Below, in pieces: positions 22,701 through 31,867 of a DNA stretch of 64,000 nucleotides (the first letter of the stretch is position 1; every line of letters begins with the position of its first letter). The position numbers and the translations under genes are program-made. The stretch covers positions 2,016,001-2,080,000 of the forward strand of contig OZ220089.1 in the NCBI GenBank assembly GCA_964291625.2, read 5' to 3'. This DNA is from Candidatus Latescibacterota bacterium. GTDB taxonomy: Bacteria; Latescibacterota; UBA2968; UBA8231. The notes under the pieces were generated by a model. It saw nothing but the letters and a program-made list of their open reading frames with translations, was not told where the DNA came from and made no database searches.

Positions 22701-23193
22701 CCCGCGCCGCGGCCTCGGCCTGATCCACCCCTTCCTCCTGGATCAGGTGGGCCACCTCTCCCGAGACGCAGGCGGACATGCAGACCAGCCCCTCGCCGTG
22801 CTGCCGCAGGAGCTGCTTGTCGACGCGCGGGTTGTAGTAGAACCCCTCGGTGTACCCCTTGGAGACGAGCTGGATCAGGTTCTGCCAGCCCGCGGCGTCC
22901 TTGGCGAGCAGGATGAGATGGTTGGAGCCGTGGGCCAGGCCGCGGGCGCCGGTGCGGTCGTGGCGGCTGCCGATGGCCACGTAGACCTCGCACCCGAAGA
23001 TCGGCCGGATGCCGGCGTCGGTGCAGGCCCGGTGGTGGGCGATGGCGCCGAAGAGGTTGCCGTGGTCGGTGACGGCCAGGGCGGGCATGCCGGCCTCGGC
23101 GGCGGCGGCCGCCATGGCGTCGATGGCGCAGCCGCCGTCGAGGAGGCTGTACTCGCTGTGTCCGTGGAGGTGGACGAACTCGGCGCTGGCCAT
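19732..23193 (-). CDS. dnaE: DNA polymerase III alpha subunit
   Basis: PHP HLHGHSEYSLLDG, GPGRGSAAG, FERFLNPER..PPDIDIDF, YGFNKSHS, C-terminal OB fold. Confidence 0.98.
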   Translation of the reverse strand: MASAEFVHLHGHSEYSLLDGGCAIDAMAAAAAEAGMPALAVTDHGNLFGAIAHHRACTDAGIRPIFGCEVYVAIGSRHDRTGARGLAHGSNHLILLAKDAAGWQNLIQLVSKGYTEGFYYNPRVDKQLLRQHGEGLVCMSACVSGEVAHLIQEEGVDQAEAAAREYMEIFGDDYYLEIQRHGIEAEAKVNDGLLHLHRKLGVPLVATNDFHFLRADDHAAHDALVCIQTGKNLSDPERMCYPSDLYMKSPGEMQELFADLPAAVENTLAIAEKCRVELDFDRSLMPVFPIPSDFASADEYLRQLAQDGLGRRYPEVVPEVQQRLDYEMEVITKEGFSSYFLIVWDFVHHARESGVTVGPGRGSAAGCLVSYCLGITDTDPIRHDLLFERFLNPERIEPPDIDIDFADTGRDKVVRYVVEKYGEENVSQVITFGTMGAKAVVRDVGRVLGMPFGEVDRIAKLIPGELKITLDEAIKREPELKQMAEAEGEPGQLIEYSRKLEGLARHASVHACAVIIAPSRLTDYVPLYRAPKDGTVTTQFDGDTCKDVGLLKMDILGLKELSLMDEAVRLIRQRESGFDLGAVPWNDGPTFELFSRGETVGVFQFESPGMRDHLRQLKPDRIEDVIAMNALYRPGPMQRIPAYIARHQGAEEIEYDHPILEPILKETYGIITYQEQVQRICRDLSGFTLGQADGIRKAMGQKRPEVMEKYRQDFAEGAAGKGVDRKTAEKIWSDIEVFSGYGFNKSHSASYSEVAYRNAYLKAHYPREYMAASLTTDRNNTDRLTVLLDECRRMEIPVLPPDVNESAVNFVPTGAGIRFGLAAIKNVGAAAAGSIVAGREEHGPSRDLYEFCERLDLGAVNRRVVESLVAAGACDSLGGHRAQLLEALERAMRHAQSVQDERRRGQISLFGGDSALEMEHQPALPDVPEWTETERLSNEKELLGFYVSSHPLSRFEKDLAYFATSLLEIDGRQDGDTVRVGGLVSRVSPSSDRRGKAMAFVTLEDLSGKAEVVFFSDAYDRCRDLVVQDAVVLVEGRLNRRNGVMTVQAEGAAPMDQGRERLTRSVNVDLPYEAVSDQLLADLRRLCGEHRGKCDLVVHLRGAPAAPGGREPAVRSRSLRVSPTDELLQAMGRLAGLERARITAMPPQAGQRA

Positions 23194-23249
23194 TGGCTCC
23201 CGGGCCGCCGTGGGGGGCGGCCGGTGACGTGTGAGGGGATGCCCAAGGC

Positions 23250-23278
23250 AACCTATCGGGGGGGCGGAAGGCCGTCAA
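23250..23278 (-). promoter_or_regulatory. Sigma70-type promoter of dnaE
   Basis: Minus strand TTGACG-17 nt-TAGGTT. Confidence 0.6.
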
Positions 23279-23345
23279 TCGCCGGCGTTGCCGCGGCGAG
23301 AGAGGGAGTTTCTATTACCGACTCCAGAGCCGGAGGAGGCCAATC

Positions 23346-24302
23346 GTGCGCATGCTGATCACCGGGGGGGCGGGATTCATCGGGTCCCATCTTTGCGACC
23401 GGTTCCTCGAGGAGGGCCACCGGGTGGTGGTCATGGACAATCTGCTCACCGGCCGTATCGAGAACCTCCAGGCCCACAGGAACAACCCCGACTTCGAGTT
23501 CATCCACTACGACGTGACCGGGTACCTCCACGTCGACGGCCCTCTCGACTTCATCCTCCACTTCGCCAGCCCCGCCAGTCCCGCCGACTTCGAACGCCTC
23601 GGGATCCAGATCCTCAAGGTGGGCGCCCTGGGGACCCACAAGACCCTGGGACTCGCGCGCGCCAAGGACGCCCGGTTCCTCCTCGCCTCCACCTCCGAGG
23701 TCTACGGCGACCCCCTCGTGCACCCCCAGGGCGAGGACTACCGGGGCAACGTCAATCCCGTCGGCATCCGCGGGGTCTACGACGAGGCCAAGCGCTTCGC
23801 CGAATCGATGGCCATGGCCTACAACAGGTCCCACGGGGTCGACACGCGCATCGCCCGGATCTTCAACACCTACGGCCCGCGCATGCGCCACGACGACGGC
23901 CGCGCCATTCCCAACTTCATCACCCAGGCCCTGGCCGGCGACGACGTGACCGTCTACGGCGACGGCCGCCAGACGCGCAGCATCGGCTACGTGAGCGACC
24001 TCGTGGACGGCATCTGCCGTCTCATGCATTCCGACGTGACCACCCCCGTCAACCTCGGCAACCCCTCCGAGCTGACCATGGAGGTCCTGGCGAGGAGGAT
24101 CATCGAGCTCACGGGAAGCCGCAGCCGAGTGGAGTTTCTGCCCCTCCCCGAGGACGACCCCAAGGTGCGCCTGCCCGACATCACCAGGGCGCGCGACCTG
24201 CTCGGATGGGAGCCGAGGGTTGATCCGGACGAGGGGCTCCGCCGGACGGTGGAGTGGTTCCGGCGAACCCCGCCGCCGCCAGGGCCGGAAGATGACCGTT
24301 GA
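23346..24302 (+). CDS. uxs: UDP-glucuronate decarboxylase (UDP-xylose synthase) family SDR
   Basis: [50 protein letters not shown]. Confidence 0.9.
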   Translation: MRMLITGGAGFIGSHLCDRFLEEGHRVVVMDNLLTGRIENLQAHRNNPDFEFIHYDVTGYLHVDGPLDFILHFASPASPADFERLGIQILKVGALGTHKTLGLARAKDARFLLASTSEVYGDPLVHPQGEDYRGNVNPVGIRGVYDEAKRFAESMAMAYNRSHGVDTRIARIFNTYGPRMRHDDGRAIPNFITQALAGDDVTVYGDGRQTRSIGYVSDLVDGICRLMHSDVTTPVNLGNPSELTMEVLARRIIELTGSRSRVEFLPLPEDDPKVRLPDITRARDLLGWEPRVDPDEGLRRTVEWFRRTPPPPGPEDDR

Positions 24303-25776
24303 CCGCGCCGCTCCGGAGGCCGTCCAGCGGCCGGGGTCCACCACCGCCGCGGGGGCCCTCACCCTCGCCTTGGGGCTGGCCGCCTGCACCTCGGCGCCGC
24401 CCTTCGATCCCGCTCTTCCCGTGGCCGTCACCCCCCCGGTCTGGACCGCCGGCGGGGACGGCCCCTCGGCGGCCGACACCCTGCAGGCGCCGTGGTGGAG
24501 CGGTCTGGACGACCCCAACCTCGGGGCCCTCATCGCCGAAGCCCTGGCGTACAACCAGGATCTGGCCGTTGCCTCCGCCCGGGTGGAACTCGCCGTTGCC
24601 CGGACGCGCATCGCCGGAGCCGGGCGCTGGCCGCAGGCAGGCGTCGACGGCCATGCCAACCGCTCGCGCCGCAACTTCCCCGGCTTCCCCGCCTTCCCGG
24701 GCCTGTCCGGCGAGCTGCCGGCCCTGACCACCAGCACCTTCGACGCCGCCTTCAGCGCCAGCTGGGAGGCCGATCTCTGGGGCCGGCTGCGGGCCGACCA
24801 GGCAGCAGCCCTCGCCGAGGCGCAGGCCACCCGCTTCGACCTCGCCGGGGCCCGCCTCTCCCTGGAGTCCATGATCGTGCGCGCCTACGCGGCGGCCGCC
24901 GAGGCTCGCAGCCAGGCCCACCTGGCCGAGGCCACGGCCGGCAACCGGCAGCGAGTGAGGGAGCGCATCGAAGACAGGTACGACCTCGGCCTGCGGACCT
25001 CCCTCGACCTGCGCCTGGCGCGCGCGGAGGCCGCCGGCGCCCGCGCCGCCCTGGCCGAGCGCAGGCTCCAGCTCGACGCCGCCACGCGCCGGCTCGAGGT
25101 GCTCCTCGGGCGCTACCCGGCCGCCGAGCTCGCCGTCGCCGAGGCGCCCCCCGCGGTGACCGGACTCGTGCCTGCGGGACTGCCCGCCGACCTGGTCCGC
25201 CGGCGCCCGGACCTGGCGGCCGCCGAGCGCCGCCTGGCGTCGGCCGATCAGCGCCTGGCGTCGGCCCGCCGGGCCCTCCTGCCCGGCATCCGGCTGACCG
25301 GCGGCGGCGGCCGCTCCAGCGAGGAGCTGGCCGACCTGCTCGATGGCGACTTCTCGGTCTGGAGCCTGGCGGCCAACCTGACCATGCCCCTCTTCCAGGG
25401 GGGCCGGCTGCGGGCCCGGGCGGCGGCGGCCGAAGCCGACCGCGAGGCGCTGACGGCCGCCTACGCCGGCCTGGTGCTGAGCGCCTTCGCCGAGGTCGAG
25501 GGGGCCCTGGCGGCCGAAGCCGCCCTGGCCGAGCGGGAGGCGGCCCTGGTGGAGACGGCGGACCAGGCCTCGGCGGCGGAGTCCCTGGCCGACGGCCGCT
25601 ACCGCCGGGGCCTGGTCGGCCTCATCACCCTCCTCGACGCCCAGCGCCGGGCCTTGGAAGCGCACAGCCGGCTGCTCACCACGCGGCGCCGGCGCGTCGA
25701 CGCCCGCGTCGACCTCCACGTCGCCCTGGGCGGCGGGTTCACCCGTCCCGCCGCCGGCGCCCCGACCGATGAGTAA
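24292..25776 (+). CDS. Efflux outer-membrane factor lipoprotein (NodT/OprM family)
   Basis: Lipobox [32 protein letters not shown]. Confidence 0.9.
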   Translation: MTVDRAAPEAVQRPGSTTAAGALTLALGLAACTSAPPFDPALPVAVTPPVWTAGGDGPSAADTLQAPWWSGLDDPNLGALIAEALAYNQDLAVASARVELAVARTRIAGAGRWPQAGVDGHANRSRRNFPGFPAFPGLSGELPALTTSTFDAAFSASWEADLWGRLRADQAAALAEAQATRFDLAGARLSLESMIVRAYAAAAEARSQAHLAEATAGNRQRVRERIEDRYDLGLRTSLDLRLARAEAAGARAALAERRLQLDAATRRLEVLLGRYPAAELAVAEAPPAVTGLVPAGLPADLVRRRPDLAAAERRLASADQRLASARRALLPGIRLTGGGGRSSEELADLLDGDFSVWSLAANLTMPLFQGGRLRARAAAAEADREALTAAYAGLVLSAFAEVEGALAAEAALAEREAALVETADQASAAESLADGRYRRGLVGLITLLDAQRRALEAHSRLLTTRRRRVDARVDLHVALGGGFTRPAAGAPTDE

Positions 25777-26983
25777 GCCCATGCGGTTCCTCCTGCCGGT
25801 GGCGATCCTGGCCGCCGGCGTGGTCCTCTTCGTGGTCCTCCTGCGCTTGCGCTCGCCGCCCCCCCGGGAGGAGCCCGTCCACCGAGCTCCACTGGTCGAG
25901 ACCGTCCAGGCGCCGCCGTCGACCGCCCGCGTCGTCGTCCGCGGCCAGGGGACGGTCCGCCCCGACCGGGAGATCGACCTCGTGCCCCAGGTTGGCGGCC
26001 GCATCGTCTGGATCTCCGAGCAGATGGAGACCGGCGGCTTCTTCTCCGCCGGCCAGGAGCTGGCCCGCATCGACCCGGAGGACTTCGCCCTCGCCCTGGA
26101 CCAGGCCGATGCCGAGGTGGCCCGGGCCCTCTACCAGCTCGAGATCGCCCGGGGCGAGGCCGAGGTGGCCGCCGAGGAGTGGGAGAGGCTGCGCGCCGGC
26201 GGCGGCTCCGAGCCCTCCGACCTGGCCCTGCACATCCCCCAGGTGAGGTTGGCCGAGGCGACGCTGAAGGCGGCGAGGGCGCGCCGCCAGGAGGCGCGGC
26301 TGCGCCTGGAGCGGACCCGCCTGCGGGCCCCCTTCGCCGGACGCGTCCGCTCCACCGATCTCGACCTGGGCCAGTACGTCTCTCCCGGACGGGGGGTGGC
26401 CCGTCTCTACGGCATCGAACGGGCCGAGGTCCCGGTCCCCGTACCCGACGAGGAGCTGGCCTGGATCGACGTCCCCTCGCCCCCGGTCCCGCCGCGCCCG
26501 TCCCCGGCCGCCGACGTGCCCCCCCCGGAGCTCCCCCATGAGGCCGGCCCCGGGCAGGTGCTGCTGCGGGCGCGCCACGCCGGGCGCGACCACACCTGGA
26601 AGGGGCGGGTGGTCCGCACCGAGGGGCAGGTCGACCCCCGCAGCCGCATGATCAACCTCATCGTCGAGGTCGACGCCCCCTACGACCCCCGGGACTCCGC
26701 CACGGCGCCGCTCATGATCGGTCTCTTCGTCGAGGTGGAGATCCAGGGACGCCCGCTGACGGCGGTGCGCACCATCCCGCGGCGGGCCCTGCACGACGGC
26801 GGAGAGGTCTGGCTCGCCGAGGACGGCCGGCTGCGGCAGCAGCCCGTGGAGGTGGTCCACCTCGGCCGCGAGGAGGCCCTCGTGCGCTTCGACGCCGCCC
26901 CCGGCGCCAGGGTGATCACTTCTCAGCTCAGGGGTGTCACCGACGGCATGGCGGTGGCCCCCCACCGGGCGGAGGCGCCGTGA
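25769..26983 (+). CDS. RND efflux periplasmic adaptor (MFP)
   Basis: N-terminal anchor, PQVGGRI, coiled coil, RAPFAGRV. Confidence 0.9.
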   Translation: MSKPMRFLLPVAILAAGVVLFVVLLRLRSPPPREEPVHRAPLVETVQAPPSTARVVVRGQGTVRPDREIDLVPQVGGRIVWISEQMETGGFFSAGQELARIDPEDFALALDQADAEVARALYQLEIARGEAEVAAEEWERLRAGGGSEPSDLALHIPQVRLAEATLKAARARRQEARLRLERTRLRAPFAGRVRSTDLDLGQYVSPGRGVARLYGIERAEVPVPVPDEELAWIDVPSPPVPPRPSPAADVPPPELPHEAGPGQVLLRARHAGRDHTWKGRVVRTEGQVDPRSRMINLIVEVDAPYDPRDSATAPLMIGLFVEVEIQGRPLTAVRTIPRRALHDGGEVWLAEDGRLRQQPVEVVHLGREEALVRFDAAPGARVITSQLRGVTDGMAVAPHRAEAP

Positions 26984-29900
26984 AGCGATCCGTCGCGTGG
27001 ATGGCCCGCAACCACGTGGCCGCCAACCTGCTCATGGTCTTCGTCCTCCTCACCGGGGCCCTCGGTGTGCTGCGCATGAAGAAGGAGACCTTTCCGGAGA
27101 TCGACCTCGACCGCATCCGCATCCAGGTCCCCTATCCAGGGGCCAGCCCGGAGGACGTGGAGGCCGGCGTCGTGCGCCGCATCGAGGAACGCATCACCGG
27201 CCTGGAGGGGATCCGCCGGATCAGCTCCACCTCCGCCGAGGGCATGGCGGCGGTCACCGTCGAGCTCGAGCTGGGCGCCGACATGGAGAGGGTTGTCGAC
27301 GACGTCCGCGGCACCATCGACCGCATCGACACCTTTCCGGCCGAGACCGAGAAAGCGGTCATCAAGGAGCTGGTGCGGCGCACCCGCGTCATCGACGTCG
27401 TCCTCTACGGCGAAGTGCCGGAGCGCGCCCTGAAGGCCGCCGCCGAGGGCGTGCGCGACGATCTGCGCGTCTCCGGCGAGGTCTCCCAGGTGGAGCTGGT
27501 GGGCGTGCGCACCGACGAGATCGCCATCGAGGTCCCCGCGGCGGCCCTGCAGCGTCACGGGCTCACCCTCGGCGCGGTGGCCGACGCCGTGCGGCGCACC
27601 AGCCTCGACCTGCCCGGCGGCAGCGTCAAGGGAGAACGGGGCGAGGTGCTCGTGCGCACCAAGGGCCTGCTCTACGACGGACGCGACTACGACGGCGTCG
27701 TCGTCCAGACACGGCCCGACGGAACGTCGCTGACCGTGGGCCACATCGGGCGCGTGGTCGACGGCTTCGAGGACAGCGATCTGATCTGCCGGTTCCAGGG
27801 ACGGCCGGCGGCCGTGGTCGGCGTCTACCGCACCGGCGACGAGAGCGCCCTCGAGATCTCCAGGCACGTCAAGGAGTACGTCGAGGACCGGCAGGGAAGC
27901 CTTCCGGCCGGCATCGACATCAGCTACGTCCGCGACGACGCGCGGCTCCTGCGCAGCCGGCTGGACCTGCTGCTGCGCAACGCCCAGCTCGGCCTGGCGC
28001 TGGTCTTCGTCTGCCTGAGCCTCTTCCTGGACATGCGCCTGGCCTTCTGGGTGATGATGGGCATCCCCATCTCCTTCCTGGGCAGCTTCCTGCTCATCGA
28101 GCCTTTGGACGTGTCGATCAACATGCTCTCCCTCTTCGCCTTCATCCTCGCCCTCGGCATCGTCGTCGACGACGCCGTCGTGGTGGGCGAGAACATCTTC
28201 TCCCACCGCGAACTCGGGAAGGGCCTGGTGCAGGCCGCCGTGGACGGCACCCTGGAAGTCGGCAAACCGGTGGTCTTCACCATCCTGACCTCGGTGGCCG
28301 CCTTCCTCCCCCTCGCCTTCGTCGAGGGGAACATGGGCAAGTTCATCGCCGTCATCCCGGCGATCGTCATCTCCGTGCTCCTCCTCTCCCTGGTGGAGGC
28401 CCTCTACATCCTGCCCGCCCACCTCTCCACCGGGCCGGGCCTCCCCTCCCGCATCCTCGGTTCGGCCCTCGCGGCGCCCCTGCGGCTTCACCGGCGCGTC
28501 TCGGAGCGCGTCAACACCGGCCTGCGGTGGGTGATCGAGCGCTGCTACACCCCGGCGGTGCGGCGGGCCCTCGTCAGTCCCTTCGTCACCATCGCCACCG
28601 GTCTCTTCCTGTTGCTGGCCACCGCGGGGTTCATCGCCGGCGGCCACATCAAGTTCGTCTTCATGCCCGAGATCGACTCGGACTGGGTCACCATCGCCGT
28701 CGAGATGCCCCAGGGATCCACCGCCGGGCAGACGCGGGAGGTGGTGCGGCGCATCGAGACCGCGGCCATGGGAGTGCGCGACGAGATCGACGCCTCTCAG
28801 CCGGAGGAGCCGTCGATCTACCGCAACGTCTTCAGCATCATCGGAGACCAGCCCATGCTCCGGCGCACCGCCTTCGACGTCGCCGGCCGTCCGGGCGCCC
28901 AGGCGCACCTGGCGGAGATCACCATCGAGCTGCTGCCCGCCGAGCAGCGGCGCCTGCCCAGCACCGGGATCGTGACCCGCATCCGCTCGGCCGTCGGCCC
29001 CCTGCCCGGACCCGAGTCCGTGGTCTACCAGTCGAGCCTGTTCACCGTGGGCAACGCCATCGAGATCCAGCTCTCCGCCGACGACCTCGACCTGCTCGCG
29101 GCGGGGGCGGAGCGGCTGAAGGAGGAGATCGGCGGCTACCCGGGCACCGAGGAGGTCCGCGACAGCTTCCAGGAGGGCAAGCTCGAGATGCGCCTCGATC
29201 TCAAGCCCCGGGGCCGCGTCCTCGGCCTGACCATGGCCGACCTGGCGACCCAGGTGCGCCACGGGTTCTACGGCGCCGAGGCCCTGCGCCTGCAGCGAGG
29301 ACGCGACGACGCCCGCGTGGTAGTCCGCTATCCGGAGGCCGAGCGGCGCAACCCGGCCGACATCGAGGGCATGCGCGTTCGGACCCCGTCCGGCGGCGAG
29401 GTGCCCCTGCCCTATGTCGCCGACGTGAGCCTCGACTACGGGTACGCCACTCTCCAGCGCAGCGGCGGGCAGCGGGTGGTGACCGTCACCGCCGGCGTCG
29501 ACGCCGGCGCGGCCAATGCGGACGAGATCAACCGGGATCTCCAGGAGCGCTTCCTTCCCCTCCTGGCCCGGCAGTTCCCGGGACTGCGCTACAGCTACGA
29601 GGGGGAGCAGCGAGAGCAGGCCGAGTCCTTCGCCAGTCTCCGCCGCGGCTTCGTCGTCGCCCTGGTCGCCATCTACGCCCTGCTGGCCGTTCCCTTCCGG
29701 TCCTACACCCAGCCCCTGGTCGTCATGAGCGCCATCCCCTTCGGCATGATCGGGGCCGTCTGGGGCCACGTGCTGATGGGGCTCGACCTGGCGATGCTCA
29801 GCCTCTTCGGCGTCGTCGCCCTCTCCGGGGTGGTCGTCAACGACTCCCTGATCCTGCTCTCCTTCTACAACCAGTTGCGCGCCGACGGGCGCCCCCGGGA

Positions 29901-30177
29901 CGAGGCCCTCGTCGAGGCCGGACGCCAACGCTTCCGGCCGATCCTGCTGACCTCGGCCACGACCTTCTTCGCCCTGCTGCCCATGATCCTCGAGCGGAGC
30001 CTGCAGGCCCAGTTCCTGATCCCCATGGCGGTCAGCCTCGCCTTCGGGATCCTCTTCGCGACGGTGATCATCCTGATCGGGGTACCCGCCGGCATGAAGC
30101 TTCTGGAGCTCCTTCTCGAACGCTGGGCGGGCCTGCGCGGGCCCCCGGAAGAGGCCTCCCAGGCCACCGCGATGTGA
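26980..30177 (+). CDS. RND efflux permease (AcrB/AcrD/AcrF family)
   Basis: YPGASPEDVE, GIVVDDAVVVGENI, GVVVNDS, RFRPILLTS. Confidence 0.95.
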   Translation: MKRSVAWMARNHVAANLLMVFVLLTGALGVLRMKKETFPEIDLDRIRIQVPYPGASPEDVEAGVVRRIEERITGLEGIRRISSTSAEGMAAVTVELELGADMERVVDDVRGTIDRIDTFPAETEKAVIKELVRRTRVIDVVLYGEVPERALKAAAEGVRDDLRVSGEVSQVELVGVRTDEIAIEVPAAALQRHGLTLGAVADAVRRTSLDLPGGSVKGERGEVLVRTKGLLYDGRDYDGVVVQTRPDGTSLTVGHIGRVVDGFEDSDLICRFQGRPAAVVGVYRTGDESALEISRHVKEYVEDRQGSLPAGIDISYVRDDARLLRSRLDLLLRNAQLGLALVFVCLSLFLDMRLAFWVMMGIPISFLGSFLLIEPLDVSINMLSLFAFILALGIVVDDAVVVGENIFSHRELGKGLVQAAVDGTLEVGKPVVFTILTSVAAFLPLAFVEGNMGKFIAVIPAIVISVLLLSLVEALYILPAHLSTGPGLPSRILGSALAAPLRLHRRVSERVNTGLRWVIERCYTPAVRRALVSPFVTIATGLFLLLATAGFIAGGHIKFVFMPEIDSDWVTIAVEMPQGSTAGQTREVVRRIETAAMGVRDEIDASQPEEPSIYRNVFSIIGDQPMLRRTAFDVAGRPGAQAHLAEITIELLPAEQRRLPSTGIVTRIRSAVGPLPGPESVVYQSSLFTVGNAIEIQLSADDLDLLAAGAERLKEEIGGYPGTEEVRDSFQEGKLEMRLDLKPRGRVLGLTMADLATQVRHGFYGAEALRLQRGRDDARVVVRYPEAERRNPADIEGMRVRTPSGGEVPLPYVADVSLDYGYATLQRSGGQRVVTVTAGVDAGAANADEINRDLQERFLPLLARQFPGLRYSYEGEQREQAESFASLRRGFVVALVAIYALLAVPFRSYTQPLVVMSAIPFGMIGAVWGHVLMGLDLAMLSLFGVVALSGVVVNDSLILLSFYNQLRADGRPRDEALVEAGRQRFRPILLTSATTFFALLPMILERSLQAQFLIPMAVSLAFGILFATVIILIGVPAGMKLLELLLERWAGLRGPPEEASQATAM

Positions 30178-30213
30178 GCCGGAAGGGGCGGGCCGGCGAG
30201 ACCTCCCGGCTTG

Positions 30214-30241
30214 TTGACAGGCGTACCCGGCCGGGTATCTT
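30214..30241 (+). promoter_or_regulatory. Sigma70-type promoter with a palindromic spacer, upstream of the molybdo-hydroxylase operon
   Basis: TTGACA-16 nt-TATCTT; perfect palindrome TACCCGGCCGGGTA at 30224-30237. Confidence 0.6.
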
Positions 30242-30350
30242 TCCCGCCCCTGCATCAATACCATAATGAGCCATCAAGCCGAGAGTCGCCGGTCCCGGCC
30301 CCCCCGATCCGCGGGCCGGCAGGCGACCCGGGAGACGAGGGAGCCGACTC

Positions 30351-31274
30351 TTGAAGGATTTCGAATACGCCGCCCCCGAGACCTTGCGCGAGGCGGTCAA
30401 GCTGCTCTCCCACGACAACGCCCGGCCCCTGGCGGGGGGCACCGACCTCATCGTGCAGATGCGGATCCGCCGCCTGCAGCCCGAGCGCGTCGTCGACGTC
30501 AAGAAGGTCCCCGAGCTCAAGGAGTTGCGCATCAGCCCCCGCGCGGGCCTGAGGATCGGGGCCGCCGTCCCCTGCCACCGCATCTACGGCGACGCCGAGA
30601 TCGCCGAGCGCTATCCCGGGATCGTCGACGCGGCTGCGATCATCGGCGGCATCCAGATCCAGGGGCGGGCGACCTTCGGCGGCAATCTGTGCAACGCCTC
30701 CCCGAGCGCCGACACGATCCCCGCGCTGATCGCCTACGGCGCCCGCGCCGAGATCGCCGGGCCCGACGGCCGCCGCCGGGTCCTGGTGAAGGACTTCTGC
30801 ACCGCCCCGGGGCAGAGCGTGCTGCAGCCCGGGGAGCTGCTCGTGGGCATCCAGGTTCCCCTCAACCGCAGGAACTCCGGCGCCCACTACCTCCGCTTCA
30901 TCCCGCGCAACGAGATGGACATCGCCGTCGTCGGCGCCGGCGCCTACGTCGAGCTGGCCGGCCGGGGGCGGGGGCAGACCTTCCGGAAGGTGCGCATCGG
31001 CCTCGGCGCGGTGGCCCCGACGCCGCTGTCCGCCGACGCCGCCGCCGCCGGGCTCGAAGACCAGCCGGTGAACGAAGAGTCGATCGCCGCCGCCGCCGAG
31101 GCGGCCAAGGCCGTGGCCAGCCCCATCTCCGACATGCGCGGACCGGCGGAGTACCGCACCCACCTGGTGGGCGTGCTGACGCGGCGCGCCCTGGTCGGCG
31201 CGGTCAAGCGCGCCCGCGGCCAGTTCGTTCCCAATGCCGTGCAGGAAAACGGCCATCCCGCGTACTCGCTGTAA
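30351..31274 (+). CDS. Xanthine dehydrogenase/CoxM-family FAD subunit
   Basis: LAGGTDL, ATFGGNLCNASPSAD, SDMRGPAEYR. Confidence 0.92.
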   Translation: MKDFEYAAPETLREAVKLLSHDNARPLAGGTDLIVQMRIRRLQPERVVDVKKVPELKELRISPRAGLRIGAAVPCHRIYGDAEIAERYPGIVDAAAIIGGIQIQGRATFGGNLCNASPSADTIPALIAYGARAEIAGPDGRRRVLVKDFCTAPGQSVLQPGELLVGIQVPLNRRNSGAHYLRFIPRNEMDIAVVGAGAYVELAGRGRGQTFRKVRIGLGAVAPTPLSADAAAAGLEDQPVNEESIAAAAEAAKAVASPISDMRGPAEYRTHLVGVLTRRALVGAVKRARGQFVPNAVQENGHPAYSL

Positions 31275-31304
31275 CCCGACCCGACCGAGAGGACCACACA
31301 CGAC

Positions 31305-31775
31305 ATGAGCAAGATTCACGTCTCCTGCACGATCAACGGCGAGTCCGAGGAGTTCCTCTGCGAGGCCCGTCAGAGCCTGCTGGAGGTCCTGCGCGAGGAT
31401 CTCGGCTTCACCGGCACCAAGGAAGGGTGCAACGACGGCAACTGCGGCGCCTGCAGCGTCATGGTCGACGGTGTGCTCGTCGATTCCTGCCTGGTCCTGG
31501 CGGCCGAGGTGGATGGATCCGAGGTCACCACCGTCGAGGGGCTGGCCAGCGCCGACGGGCTGCATCCGCTGCAGCGGAAGTTCCTGGAGCACGCCAGCCT
31601 CCAATGCGGCATCTGCACGCCGGGGTTCCTGGTGGCGAGCAAGGCCCTGCTCGACGCCAATCCGAATCCGAGCGAGCACGACGTGCGCCACTGGCTGGCG
31701 GGCAACCTCTGCCGCTGCACCGGCTACGACAAGATCGTCCGCGCCGTTCTCGACGCGGCGGGTCAGGACGGTTGA
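31305..31775 (+). CDS. CoxS-family 2x[2Fe-2S] subunit
   Basis: GTKEGC..GNCGAC...SC, QCGICTPG, NLCRCTGY. Confidence 0.95.
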   Translation: MSKIHVSCTINGESEEFLCEARQSLLEVLREDLGFTGTKEGCNDGNCGACSVMVDGVLVDSCLVLAAEVDGSEVTTVEGLASADGLHPLQRKFLEHASLQCGICTPGFLVASKALLDANPNPSEHDVRHWLAGNLCRCTGYDKIVRAVLDAAGQDG

Positions 31776-31867
31776 CGGCTCCGCACACCGGGCACACGAA
31801 CCGGCGCCGGGTCTCGAGGAGGTTCGGCGCCGATTGCCTGCCCACCCGGCAATCGGGGGAATGATCC

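Noticed and set aside
17983-23358. 1791-aa (+) and 1740-aa (-) giant ORFs
   Set aside because: Antisense or off-frame shadows of dnaE and map. Only the short 19729-19600 part of the minus ORF looks real (TlpA signal peptide).
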